The notes beneath the pieces are model-generated. The model worked only from the letters and a program-made list of their open reading frames with translations. It searched no databases and was not told the DNA's origin. 64,000 nucleotides of DNA from an uncultured Acidobacteriota bacterium (GTDB lineage: Bacteria; Acidobacteriota; Thermoanaerobaculia; Multivoradales; JAHEKO01), in assembly GCA_963713825.1 (NCBI GenBank), contig CAVQNG010000025.1, forward strand, positions 256,001-320,000, given 5' to 3'. Shown here in pieces: positions 27,950 through 36,902 of this stretch (its first letter is position 1; the number at the start of each line of letters is the position of its first letter). The position numbers and the translations under genes are program-made.

Positions 27950-28921
27950 TCATTGTGTGCCGAAGCACTGGACCCAGAGGATCTTCAGCTCTCCCTCCGA
28001 CTCGAGGACCGAAACCCCGAATCCGACGTCCTGAAAGCTAGGCTCAAGGATATTGTCGCGATGCCCCTTACTGGCCATCCAATTGTCCATTGCCTGTTCC
28101 GCGGTTGGCTGTCCGGAAGCTAGATTCTCACCCGTCCACTCGGGATCGTAGCCGCTGGCCTGGACGCGGTCGAGTACGGTGTCTCCTCGAGGCGAGACGT
28201 GACCATAGAAGCCCTCTCGCATCATCCTGTCGGCGTAGGTCTGGGCGGCCGAGCTCAGAGCTCGATTGGGACGAAGTGGTCCCAAGCGGCGACGCTTACG
28301 TTCCTCGTTGACCCGATCCAGGAGCTGTTGGCGCACGGTCTCGAGGTCCGAAAGCTGTTCGATAAAGGGCTGGTTGATCTCGGTTTGGGATGTCGCCGCC
28401 ACCAGCGCATAGATCGATTGGTTGGGCCAGGCCTCTGCCGCCAGGCCGAATTCGCGGAGACCCGAATCCAGAAAAGTCTCGAGGCTCTTCGGATCGGACT
28501 GCCGCCAGAACGCAACCAGGTCAGCGGGATCGTCGCTGGAGCTCGCCAGCCCATCGGCGAATTGGTTGGGCTCGTAACCCGAGCTTCGAAGATCTTCTCG
28601 GGTCAATCTCGCTTGGGCGTCGAAGTAGGTGTTGGCCGAACCGAGCAGGGCCCTGTCCAGCAGAATTCGGGCAGCTTGTGACAGAGGTTCGGAGAGCCTT
28701 AGAGGTGAGCTCTGCTCCTCTAGGCGGAGCTGGTTGATGGCCTCGAGAAAGGCTTGGGGCGCTTGCTCGGTCGTCGTCCGGGTGTCGGTGGACTCGTTGG
28801 GTGCCGCAGTACTCAACCGAAGACCAAGGGTCGCGGTGGGTTCCATCGCGACCAGAAGAAAAGCTCCTACCCCTGCTAGAAGAGCTGGTGAGTAGGGCCG
28901 CCGGCGCATGCGGCCCATCAT
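27950..28921 (-). CDS. CAP/SCP domain protein with two domains, the first degenerate
   Basis: C-terminal VNEER...LSSAAQ...FYGH...GENLA...WMASKGHRDNIL. The N-terminal copy begins AINQLR. Exact start uncertain (28921 or 28909). Confidence 0.85.
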   Translation of the reverse strand: MMGRMRRRPYSPALLAGVGAFLLVAMEPTATLGLRLSTAAPNESTDTRTTTEQAPQAFLEAINQLRLEEQSSPLRLSEPLSQAARILLDRALLGSANTYFDAQARLTREDLRSSGYEPNQFADGLASSSDDPADLVAFWRQSDPKSLETFLDSGLREFGLAAEAWPNQSIYALVAATSQTEINQPFIEQLSDLETVRQQLLDRVNEERKRRRLGPLRPNRALSSAAQTYADRMMREGFYGHVSPRGDTVLDRVQASGYDPEWTGENLASGQPTAEQAMDNWMASKGHRDNILEPSFQDVGFGVSVLESEGELKILWVQCFGTQ

Positions 28922-28970
28922 GTCAGACGCTGACCTGCCGGGCCGGCGGAGCGGTGCGTACAGCCTCGAG

Positions 28971-29675
28971 CTACCGGCTTGTGTAGTCGGCGGGAAGAGG
29001 TGTTTCCTCGCGACAAGCGTCCTGTCCTCGAGCGACGAACTGATCGATCTTGCGGGCGTGGGCTCGAATCAGTTTCACGACTTCTTCGTCGTTGGATGTC
29101 TCTGTAACGCGGACACCATCGTCGATCTCCTCGATGTCGATCTGAATTGCTTCGCCGTGCTCGAAGATCTCCGCAAAGAGGGGATCCCACTTGCGGACGT
29201 GACCGCCCTCTTCCAGAACTGCGGACATCTCCTGGACATGCTTGCGGAGAGGCTCCAACAACTCTGGATCGCCGGTGGTGGTCACAGTCTGAACACCGTT
29301 GGGGATATCCTCCACAACCCTCTCCAGCTGCTCATGGTGGGTGACGAGAAAATGAGCGTTCTGCATCTCGGCGCGACCGCGGCCCTTGTGCCCCGAGCTC
29401 TTGGCTTCCTTGTGAGCTCCCCCGCAGCCGTGCCCCTTGCTGCCTTGGCCTTTGGAGCCGGCGCCATGGTTGCATCGGCCTCCACAGCGCATGCCTTTCT
29501 TCTGAGCTCCGGCGTCCGTGTCTGATGGCGAGGTGTCGAGCTCCGCTTCCGAGGCTACAGTCGACTCCGGGTCGGTCTGGGTCGAAGAATACGCCGGCGG
29601 TGCGAACAGCAAGATCAGAGCGAAGAACAGGGGCAACAGTTCGCGTAGTGAGATTTGACGTTTGTTGGCGCACAT
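28971..29675 (-). CDS. Hypothetical secreted protein with a Gly/His/Cys-rich linker and an internally repeated C-terminal domain
   Basis: ATG 29675 after an AGGAG RBS. Signal peptide LLPLFFALILLFAPPAYS. Repeated GV.(T/V)T...D.E......H units. Confidence 0.7.
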   Translation of the reverse strand: MCANKRQISLRELLPLFFALILLFAPPAYSSTQTDPESTVASEAELDTSPSDTDAGAQKKGMRCGGRCNHGAGSKGQGSKGHGCGGAHKEAKSSGHKGRGRAEMQNAHFLVTHHEQLERVVEDIPNGVQTVTTTGDPELLEPLRKHVQEMSAVLEEGGHVRKWDPLFAEIFEHGEAIQIDIEEIDDGVRVTETSNDEEVVKLIRAHARKIDQFVARGQDACREETPLPADYTSR

Positions 29676-29850
29676 TTCGAACTCCTGGTGGTGGGAGGGC
29701 TGTCGAGTTTGGCTTGTGGCTTCAACAGTTTGGAGTATATACGCCCGTTCTGTTCTCCAGCGGCGATTGTCCGACTCTGCCAACGGCTCGCTCGACCTGT
29801 TCGATGTGCGAGGAACGTCTGGACTCTGAGGTCGGTCTAAACTGTTCGAG

Positions 29851-32800
29851 ATGAGAAAAATGCATCCGAGCTCTCGAAGGCTCTTCGTCGCTGTCATCCT
29901 CGTTCCTTTGCTCTTGATTTTGGTGTCCGTGGCAGCGGCTGTGAGGGCGCCTGCTGAAGAGTCTGAGGCAGAGGTGCCGGATCGTGAGGAGGCGCTTCCT
30001 ACCGATCGTCAGGAGCGATCCATGGATTATGAAGTCGCATGGAAAGAAGTGGAGGAGCTGGTGGCGGACCAGAGGCTCGAGGCTGCCTCCTCGAAGGTCG
30101 AGGAGATACTCCGAGCAGCTCGTCAGGCTGGCGCCGAAGAAGAGTGGACCAGGGCCTTGATCGAAGGAGCGAACCTGCGCATTGCTTTGCACGGCTTTGA
30201 AAGTGCAGTTCGCTTTCTAAAGGACGAATCCTGGCCAGCTGCGGACTTGCACCGCTCGCTACTGAATCTCTACTACGCCCACGCGCTGACCACCTATGTT
30301 CGTGCCTACTCCTGGGAGATCGAAGGTCGGGAGCGGGTCGACCTCGAGGGCGAGATTGATCTGAAGAAGTGGACGAAGGACCAGATCCTGGCGGAGGCCG
30401 ATCGTGCGCTCTTCACTGTCTGGAGTCGGAGGGCCACGTGGGGCACTGAGCCGATCGGAGCCTGGGGAGCCTACCTTCAGAAGAATAACTATCCACCCGG
30501 GATCCGCAGCACCTTGAGGGACCTGGTGACCTATCTGTGGGTCCAGATGTTGAGTGACTCGGCCAACTGGACTGCCTCCGAGCTCAACGGAGTCTTCCGC
30601 CTAGTCTCCGAGGAGCTCTTGGACGGCGAGCCAGAGGCACTCCTGGTGGGTTTGGAGAGTCCGGATCGGCATCCGCTCTACAAGATGGCAGGCTTGTTGG
30701 CCGATCTGGAATCCTGGCATGAGGGTGCGGATAGACCGGAGGCCGCGTTCGAGGCACGACTCGAAAGATTGCGACGCCTGCAGTCGGCGTTCTCCGAATC
30801 CCAGTTCGTAGAAGAGCGACGGAGGATTCGAGACAATCTGCGACAACATCTCGAGGCTCTGGGCCGCAGCTATCCATGGTGGTCGATGGGTCAGTCCCAG
30901 CTCGCCGAGTTCATCAGGGCAGAAAAAGACCCCAACGCCCTTGTGGAGGCGAGAGACGTGGCACTCGAAGGGGCCCGATTCCATCGCGGCTCGATCGGAT
31001 CCAAGCGCTGCCAGCGGCTGGTGGCGGAGATCGAGGCGCCCGACTACTCGCTCGTTGCCATGCGGAGCGACGGACCTCGCCGACGGTCGATTCAGGTCAG
31101 TCACCGCAATCTCGAGACCCTCTATCTTCGTGCCTACAGACTCGACGTTCTGGAGACCCTGGAGGCCAGCCGGGACTACAACCTGCTTCCAGCGCACCGT
31201 GAGGTGGTCGAGCTCGTGGACAACGGCGTGCCGGTGGCGCAGTGGAAGGTCGAGCTTCCAGCGACGCCCGATTTTCGATCTCATGCCACCTATGCAACGC
31301 CGCCGCTGACGGAGCCGGGTCTGTACGTGATTGTCGCGTCGGTGAGACAGGACTTCTCCGAGGCCCGCAATCGACGCTTGGCGGTCAATCTGCTGATTAC
31401 GGACCTTGTGCTGGTGTCCAGACAGCATGGCGGCGCATTAGAAGTGACGGTTTTGGCGGGCGACGACGGTGCTCGACAACCCGATGTAGAGGTGGCGCTG
31501 TACCGATTCGACTACAAGCGCGGCCACCGTCGGGTCGCCGCACGAGTCACCGATGACGACGGGTCGACGAGTTTTCGCCTCGAGCGGCAGCGGTCCGATA
31601 GTCACTTTCTGGTTGCACGGCGGGGCGAAGACTTCTTGCTGGACGCGCGGAGGTTCTGGTTTGGTGGGCGCGAGACGCCCGGACAAGCCTCGAGATCGGC
31701 CCTGATCTACACCGACCGCAGCATCTATCGACCCTTGCAGGAAGTCCTCTGGAAGGTCGTTGGTTACGAGCGCAACCGAGAGGGGGACCGATTCGAAACG
31801 CTGCCGCATGAGACGGTGACGGTAGACCTTCTAGATCCCAACGGAGAGTTGGTTGAGACTGCAGAGGTCGCGACCAACGAGTTCGGTACTGCGTCTGGTG
31901 CCTTTCAGGTTCCAGGCGGCCGCCTGCTTGGGAGGTGGAGCCTCAGAACTTCGTTGGGGGGATGGAGCCGAGTAGCGGTGGAGGAGTACAAGCGGCCCAC
32001 CTTCGAAGTCACCCTCCTCGAGCCGGAGGAATCTGTCCGCCTGAACCGTCTGGCTTCGCTGATGGGTGAGGTGCGTTACTACTTCGGTCTGCCGGTGGTG
32101 ACAGGCCATGTTGCCTGGCAAGTCAGTCGGGTTCCGGTATTTCCCCGCTGGATGAGTTGGTATCGGAGCTATCCGAGGCAGGCGGCCGAGACGATCGCTT
32201 CCGGGACCGTTGAGCTGGATGCGGACGGCAGGTTCGAAATCTCGTTTCTGCCTGCAGCGGACGAGAGGTTGGCTGCCACGGCTGGCCTGTCCTACCGCTA
32301 TCAGCTGACCGCGGCGGTCACGGACGAAGGGGGAGAGACCCGCACCGCCGAGCGCAAGTTTCAACTGGGGTTTGTCGCCGTCGAGGCCATTGTCGATGGC
32401 GCCAAGTCGTTCTTCACGGCAGGTGACCGAGTCGAGATTCTGCTGACCAGGACGGACCTGAATGGTAACGGCCGTTCCGGCAGCGCCGCCTGGAGGCTGA
32501 CGAGAGTCGAGCAGCCGGATGCAACCTTGCCACCCGCGGAGATTCCCCGACCGATCTTGCCGGGTGGTGAAGAGAGATTCCGGACTCCTGGAGATCGACT
32601 CCGCCCGCGCTGGGAGGTGGGCTACTCGTTCGAAGCCGAGCTGGCCAGGTGGCTTGACGGTGAGGTTGTTCGACGTGGAGCCGTCGAGCATGGAGAAGAT
32701 GGATCTGCAACTCTTCTGCTGGATAACTTGACCGGTGGTGTCTACCGACTGCATTACAGCACTGCGGACGAATTTGGCGCTGTCTTCGAGACTCGCAAGG

Positions 32801-35800
32801 ACATCCTTGTTGTCGGTGACGGTCTGGGGAGACTGGAGCTTCCGGTCTTGCTGTTGGCAGAGCACCAGAGCTCGGAGGTAGGAGAGACCTTGAGGGTCCT
32901 CGTGCACTCCGGGCTGGAAGGCCAGGAGCTTCTGCTGGAGCAACAGAGCGCCGGCGAGACCATCGAGCAGCGACGCTTGCAGTCGGATGCCGGTCCGGTC
33001 GTGTTGGAGTTCGCTGTCGATGGCAGCCGCCGGGGGGGATTCAGCTTTCTGCTGTCGACGCTGGTCGACTACCAGTTCATCAGCTCGAGCCAGTCGGTCT
33101 GGGTTCCCTGGGACGATCGAAATCTCCGGCTCGCGTTCAGCACGTTTCGCGATCTCTTGCGGCCCGGAGCCCGGGAAACGTGGCGTGTCACGGTCTCTTC
33201 GTCCGATGGAAGGCGGCTCGAGAGCGGTGCTGCCGAGGTGTTGGCCTACATGTACGACCGCAGCTTGGATCTCTTCGCACCACACGATCCACCATCGATT
33301 CTCTCTCTCTACCCGACACGCACAGGCACGACTCCTTTCCAGGCGAGCCTCGGAAGTGCGGGGGCCGTCTGGCAATCAAGCTCCAACCTCGTGTTGCTTC
33401 CGGAGGTTCCTCACCTTCTCGGCGATCAGCTCCGTTTCCTGGATGGCTACGGAATCGGTGGTCCGGGTCGGCGGCGAGGTTACGCCCTGGCCGACATGGC
33501 GCCGGCATCCCTGGAGGAGTCCAACGTCGCCGAGCAGGCCTCTCTCGAAGCTGGAAAAGTGGTTCCGCAGTCCTTGCCTGGTGAGGCAGGCGGCACGGAG
33601 GAAGCGGGTACTGCCGTCGAGGTCAGGAGCGAGTTTTCAGAGACCGCCTTCTGGTATCCCCATCTGGTCGTCGAGGACGAAGGCGCTGTTTCGTTCGAGT
33701 TCACCGTTCCAGATTCGGTCACCGAATGGAATGTCTGGCTCCACGCTCTGGACCGAGATCTGCGGGGTGGCTCCTTCGAGCGCCAGGTTCGCACGGTCAA
33801 GGAGCTGATGGTGCGACCCTATTTGCCTCGTTTCCTGCGCGAGGGCGACCTGGTGGATCTGGCTGTGGTCGTGACCAACGCTGGGGCCACGACCCTGCAC
33901 GGGCAATTGGACTTCGAGATTCTCGAGCCGACCGATGAAGGCAGTCTGAATGCCGAGTTCGGCCTCGCCCCCGCCGCAACCAAGGGAGTCGCTTTTTCGG
34001 TTCCCGCAGGGGCTGGCACCCGATTGGTGTTCCCGGTCACGGTGCCGCCAAGAGTTGGCACAGTGGCATTCAAGGTCACCGCCCGGGCCGGGGAATTCAG
34101 TGATGGAGAGCTTCGCCCTCTACCCGTTCTTCCTGGTCGGATGCACCTGAGCCAGTCGCGATTCGTCACTCTTCGGGACGCCGATAGTCGGGAGATGAGC
34201 TTCGCCGAGCTGGTCGATGCGGCCGACCCCTCGAGAATCGACGAGCAGCTCGTCGTGACTCTCGACGCACAGCTCTTCTACAGCGTCCTGCAGGCGCTGC
34301 CCTATCTTGTGCAGTACCCATACGAGTGCACGGAGCAGACACTAAACAGGTTTCTATCGACGGGGATTGTCTCTTCCCTGTACGAGCGCTACCCAGCTGT
34401 GGCGGAGATGGCGAGGAAGTTGTCCGAGAGAGAGACCCGACTCGAGACCTGGGATCAAGTCGATCCGAATCGTCAGCTCCTCCTGGAGGAAACTCCGTGG
34501 TTGATCGAGGCTCGGGGAGGGGGAGAGGACGATCTCATCAACGTCTTGAAGCCGCAAATCGCGACAGCCGAACGCAAATCGGCGCTTGCCAAGCTGGCCA
34601 AGAGCCAGACGTCGCTCGGCGGCTTCCCATGGTGGCCCGGAGGGCCGCCTTCGCCCTATATGACGCTCTATCTGCTGCAGGGGTTCTCCAGGGCATTGGA
34701 GTTCGGGATCGAGATTCCGCAAGGGATGGTCGTCAATGCCTGGCGGTATCTCCAGCGCCACTATGTGGACGAGATCGTTCCCAAGATGATCGACGACGAC
34801 TGTTGCTGGGAGTTCGTGACCTTCCTGAACTTCGTTCTCTCCAGCTACCCCGACGAGTCATGGACCGGCGGCCTATTCAGCGAGGAGCAGCGGCGAGAGA
34901 TGCTGGATTTTTCCTACCGTCACTGGCGCGAGCACAGTCCGCTGGTGAAGAGCTCGCTGGCCCTCACACTGTCGCGGGCCGGTCGTGTCGCCGCTGCCGA
35001 GCTGGTGTGGGAGAGCGTCATGGATTCGGCCAGGACCTCGCCGGACGAAGGCACGTATTGGGCACCTGAAGAGCGCTCCTGGCTCTGGTACAACGACACC
35101 ATCGAGGGCCATGCACTGGCCCTGAGGACTCTCACGGAGTTGGACCCCGAAGAGCCCCGTCGAGCCGGCCTCGTTCAGTGGCTGTTGCTCAACAAGAAGC
35201 TGAATCATTGGAAATCGACCCGATCGACGGCCGAAGTGATTTACGCTCTAGCTCACTATCTGGAGCGAGAAGGCACACTCGGCAGCCGCGAGGAAGTGCA
35301 AGTCGATATCGGTTCCCATCGTGAGAATCGGGTCTTCGAGCCCGACGAGTACACCGGCAGGAAGAACCAGATCATCATCGTGGGTGACGACATCGAGCCC
35401 GAGTCCATGAGTACCATCGTCGTGGAGAAAGAGACCAAAGGCTTTCTGTTCGCATCTGCCACTTGGCACTTCTCGACCGAGCAACTACCTGAGAAGGCGG
35501 CGGGCGACTTCTTTTTTGTCGAGCGGCGCTATTTCAAGCGCTGGCACGACGGCAAGGAGTGGGTGCTCCTGCCGCTGGAGGAGGGGGTACGGATCGAGAC
35601 CGGAGAACAGGTGGAGGTTCAATTGTCTCTGCGCAGTCGCCATGCCGCAGAGTATGTACACTTACGAGATCCACGCGCCGCCGGCTTCGAGCCCGAATCG
35701 ACCCGATCCGCCTATCGGTGGGAGTACGGAATCGGTTGGTACGAGGAGATTCGCGACAGTGGGTCGAACTTCTTCTTCGACTGGCTACCGGCGGGCGAAT

Positions 35801-35940
35801 ACACCTTCCGCTACCGCCTCCGAGCCAACTTGAGCGGGACTTTCAGAGTCTCACCGGCGACGGTGCAGAGCATGTACGCACCGGAGTTCACCGCCTACTC
35901 GGCCGGCAACCTGGTAAAGATCGAGACCACTCGACCCTGA
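29851..35940 (+). CDS. Bacterial alpha-2-macroglobulin family protein
   Basis: 2029 aa. Signal peptide, IYTDRSIYRP, VEEYKRPTFEV, VRSEFSETAFWYP, PRFLREGD, thioester YPYECTEQ, SMYAPEF. Confidence 0.95.
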   Translation: MRKMHPSSRRLFVAVILVPLLLILVSVAAAVRAPAEESEAEVPDREEALPTDRQERSMDYEVAWKEVEELVADQRLEAASSKVEEILRAARQAGAEEEWTRALIEGANLRIALHGFESAVRFLKDESWPAADLHRSLLNLYYAHALTTYVRAYSWEIEGRERVDLEGEIDLKKWTKDQILAEADRALFTVWSRRATWGTEPIGAWGAYLQKNNYPPGIRSTLRDLVTYLWVQMLSDSANWTASELNGVFRLVSEELLDGEPEALLVGLESPDRHPLYKMAGLLADLESWHEGADRPEAAFEARLERLRRLQSAFSESQFVEERRRIRDNLRQHLEALGRSYPWWSMGQSQLAEFIRAEKDPNALVEARDVALEGARFHRGSIGSKRCQRLVAEIEAPDYSLVAMRSDGPRRRSIQVSHRNLETLYLRAYRLDVLETLEASRDYNLLPAHREVVELVDNGVPVAQWKVELPATPDFRSHATYATPPLTEPGLYVIVASVRQDFSEARNRRLAVNLLITDLVLVSRQHGGALEVTVLAGDDGARQPDVEVALYRFDYKRGHRRVAARVTDDDGSTSFRLERQRSDSHFLVARRGEDFLLDARRFWFGGRETPGQASRSALIYTDRSIYRPLQEVLWKVVGYERNREGDRFETLPHETVTVDLLDPNGELVETAEVATNEFGTASGAFQVPGGRLLGRWSLRTSLGGWSRVAVEEYKRPTFEVTLLEPEESVRLNRLASLMGEVRYYFGLPVVTGHVAWQVSRVPVFPRWMSWYRSYPRQAAETIASGTVELDADGRFEISFLPAADERLAATAGLSYRYQLTAAVTDEGGETRTAERKFQLGFVAVEAIVDGAKSFFTAGDRVEILLTRTDLNGNGRSGSAAWRLTRVEQPDATLPPAEIPRPILPGGEERFRTPGDRLRPRWEVGYSFEAELARWLDGEVVRRGAVEHGEDGSATLLLDNLTGGVYRLHYSTADEFGAVFETRKDILVVGDGLGRLELPVLLLAEHQSSEVGETLRVLVHSGLEGQELLLEQQSAGETIEQRRLQSDAGPVVLEFAVDGSRRGGFSFLLSTLVDYQFISSSQSVWVPWDDRNLRLAFSTFRDLLRPGARETWRVTVSSSDGRRLESGAAEVLAYMYDRSLDLFAPHDPPSILSLYPTRTGTTPFQASLGSAGAVWQSSSNLVLLPEVPHLLGDQLRFLDGYGIGGPGRRRGYALADMAPASLEESNVAEQASLEAGKVVPQSLPGEAGGTEEAGTAVEVRSEFSETAFWYPHLVVEDEGAVSFEFTVPDSVTEWNVWLHALDRDLRGGSFERQVRTVKELMVRPYLPRFLREGDLVDLAVVVTNAGATTLHGQLDFEILEPTDEGSLNAEFGLAPAATKGVAFSVPAGAGTRLVFPVTVPPRVGTVAFKVTARAGEFSDGELRPLPVLPGRMHLSQSRFVTLRDADSREMSFAELVDAADPSRIDEQLVVTLDAQLFYSVLQALPYLVQYPYECTEQTLNRFLSTGIVSSLYERYPAVAEMARKLSERETRLETWDQVDPNRQLLLEETPWLIEARGGGEDDLINVLKPQIATAERKSALAKLAKSQTSLGGFPWWPGGPPSPYMTLYLLQGFSRALEFGIEIPQGMVVNAWRYLQRHYVDEIVPKMIDDDCCWEFVTFLNFVLSSYPDESWTGGLFSEEQRREMLDFSYRHWREHSPLVKSSLALTLSRAGRVAAAELVWESVMDSARTSPDEGTYWAPEERSWLWYNDTIEGHALALRTLTELDPEEPRRAGLVQWLLLNKKLNHWKSTRSTAEVIYALAHYLEREGTLGSREEVQVDIGSHRENRVFEPDEYTGRKNQIIIVGDDIEPESMSTIVVEKETKGFLFASATWHFSTEQLPEKAAGDFFFVERRYFKRWHDGKEWVLLPLEEGVRIETGEQVEVQLSLRSRHAAEYVHLRDPRAAGFEPESTRSAYRWEYGIGWYEEIRDSGSNFFFDWLPAGEYTFRYRLRANLSGTFRVSPATVQSMYAPEFTAYSAGNLVKIETTRP

Positions 35941-35975
35941 GATCGAGACGGGGGAGGGGAGGTGGGGGTGGTTGC

Positions 35976-36758
35976 CTAGCGGCGGCCGGAGACCGGCAAT
36001 CGGAGGACCTGGCCTTCGTAGATCCGGCTGGATCGCAAGCCGTTCATCTCTTTGACGGCGAGAACGTCGGTATTGTGGCGCTTGGCGATCTTCCACAACG
36101 TATCGCCTCTCGTCACCTGGTAGTGCGTGCGCTCGCCGGATTCGAGAATCTCGGAACCATGCTGCCGGTACTGTGAGGGGAACAGCGCCACGTGGAAGTG
36201 CTGCGGGTGCCACTCGAGCATGGCGTCCAGGACGCCGTTGACTTCCAGAGTGAGAAGCATGTCGGCCATCCAACGGCGACAGCTCCGATTCCAGCTGCGT
36301 CGCATGTCGATGGCCATGCCGGCCTGGTGCACCGATTGCTTCGAAGCGTTGCGGGGCTGGCGGTTCTTCGGGCGAGTCAGACTGGTGACGACCAACTCCT
36401 CGCCACAGGCGGCGTGATACTTCTCCGCCAAGAGCTCGACGAAGCTCTTGACCTCGGGCCGTGTGAAGGGGAAGGAGACCTCTTTCAAGATGAAGTGCTC
36501 GTTGCCTTCGACCGCGGTCAGATGGCCGCCTTCGACAGCCTGATAGACATCTTCAGGGGTGTTGAAGAACTCGAAGCCATGCCTCTCGGCCTGCTTCTTC
36601 TGCAGTGCCATAGAACCGGCAGTGGCCTGCAGGTTTTGCGCCCCGGACAGCGTCGGAGACCCAAGCCAGAACAACAAAGCGAGAACGAGGGACGACGCGA
36701 CAACCGCCAATCGCGCGAGGCGATAGCGATCGGTCGAGCTTTGAGCTGATCGTTCCAT
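35976..36758 (-). CDS. DUF5715-like zinc DD-peptidase-fold protein with a C-terminal LysM domain
   Basis: Likely start MERSAQ (36758). TSLTRP, SVHQAGMAID (SxHxxGxAxD), E..PQHFH, LysM YQVTRGDTLWKIA...IYEGQVL. Confidence 0.8.
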   Translation of the reverse strand: MERSAQSSTDRYRLARLAVVASSLVLALLFWLGSPTLSGAQNLQATAGSMALQKKQAERHGFEFFNTPEDVYQAVEGGHLTAVEGNEHFILKEVSFPFTRPEVKSFVELLAEKYHAACGEELVVTSLTRPKNRQPRNASKQSVHQAGMAIDMRRSWNRSCRRWMADMLLTLEVNGVLDAMLEWHPQHFHVALFPSQYRQHGSEILESGERTHYQVTRGDTLWKIAKRHNTDVLAVKEMNGLRSSRIYEGQVLRLPVSGRR

Positions 36759-36902
36759 GGGTCTGCGATGTGGCCTGCTGCTGTCCCGAGTCAACCAGAA
36801 ACCTGGACCCGGGCTGGCGTCTGAAGACCTCCCCCCGAGGTATCGATAGCTGACTATACAATACGAGGCAGGATTTTCGTCAACCCAGAATTTCACACCT
36901 GC

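Noticed and set aside
29812-29840. RpoE-like GGAAC...GTCTAA upstream of the alpha-2-macroglobulin gene
   Set aside because: The spacing is one base longer than the usual consensus and the site lies very close to the start codon. Too weak to call.
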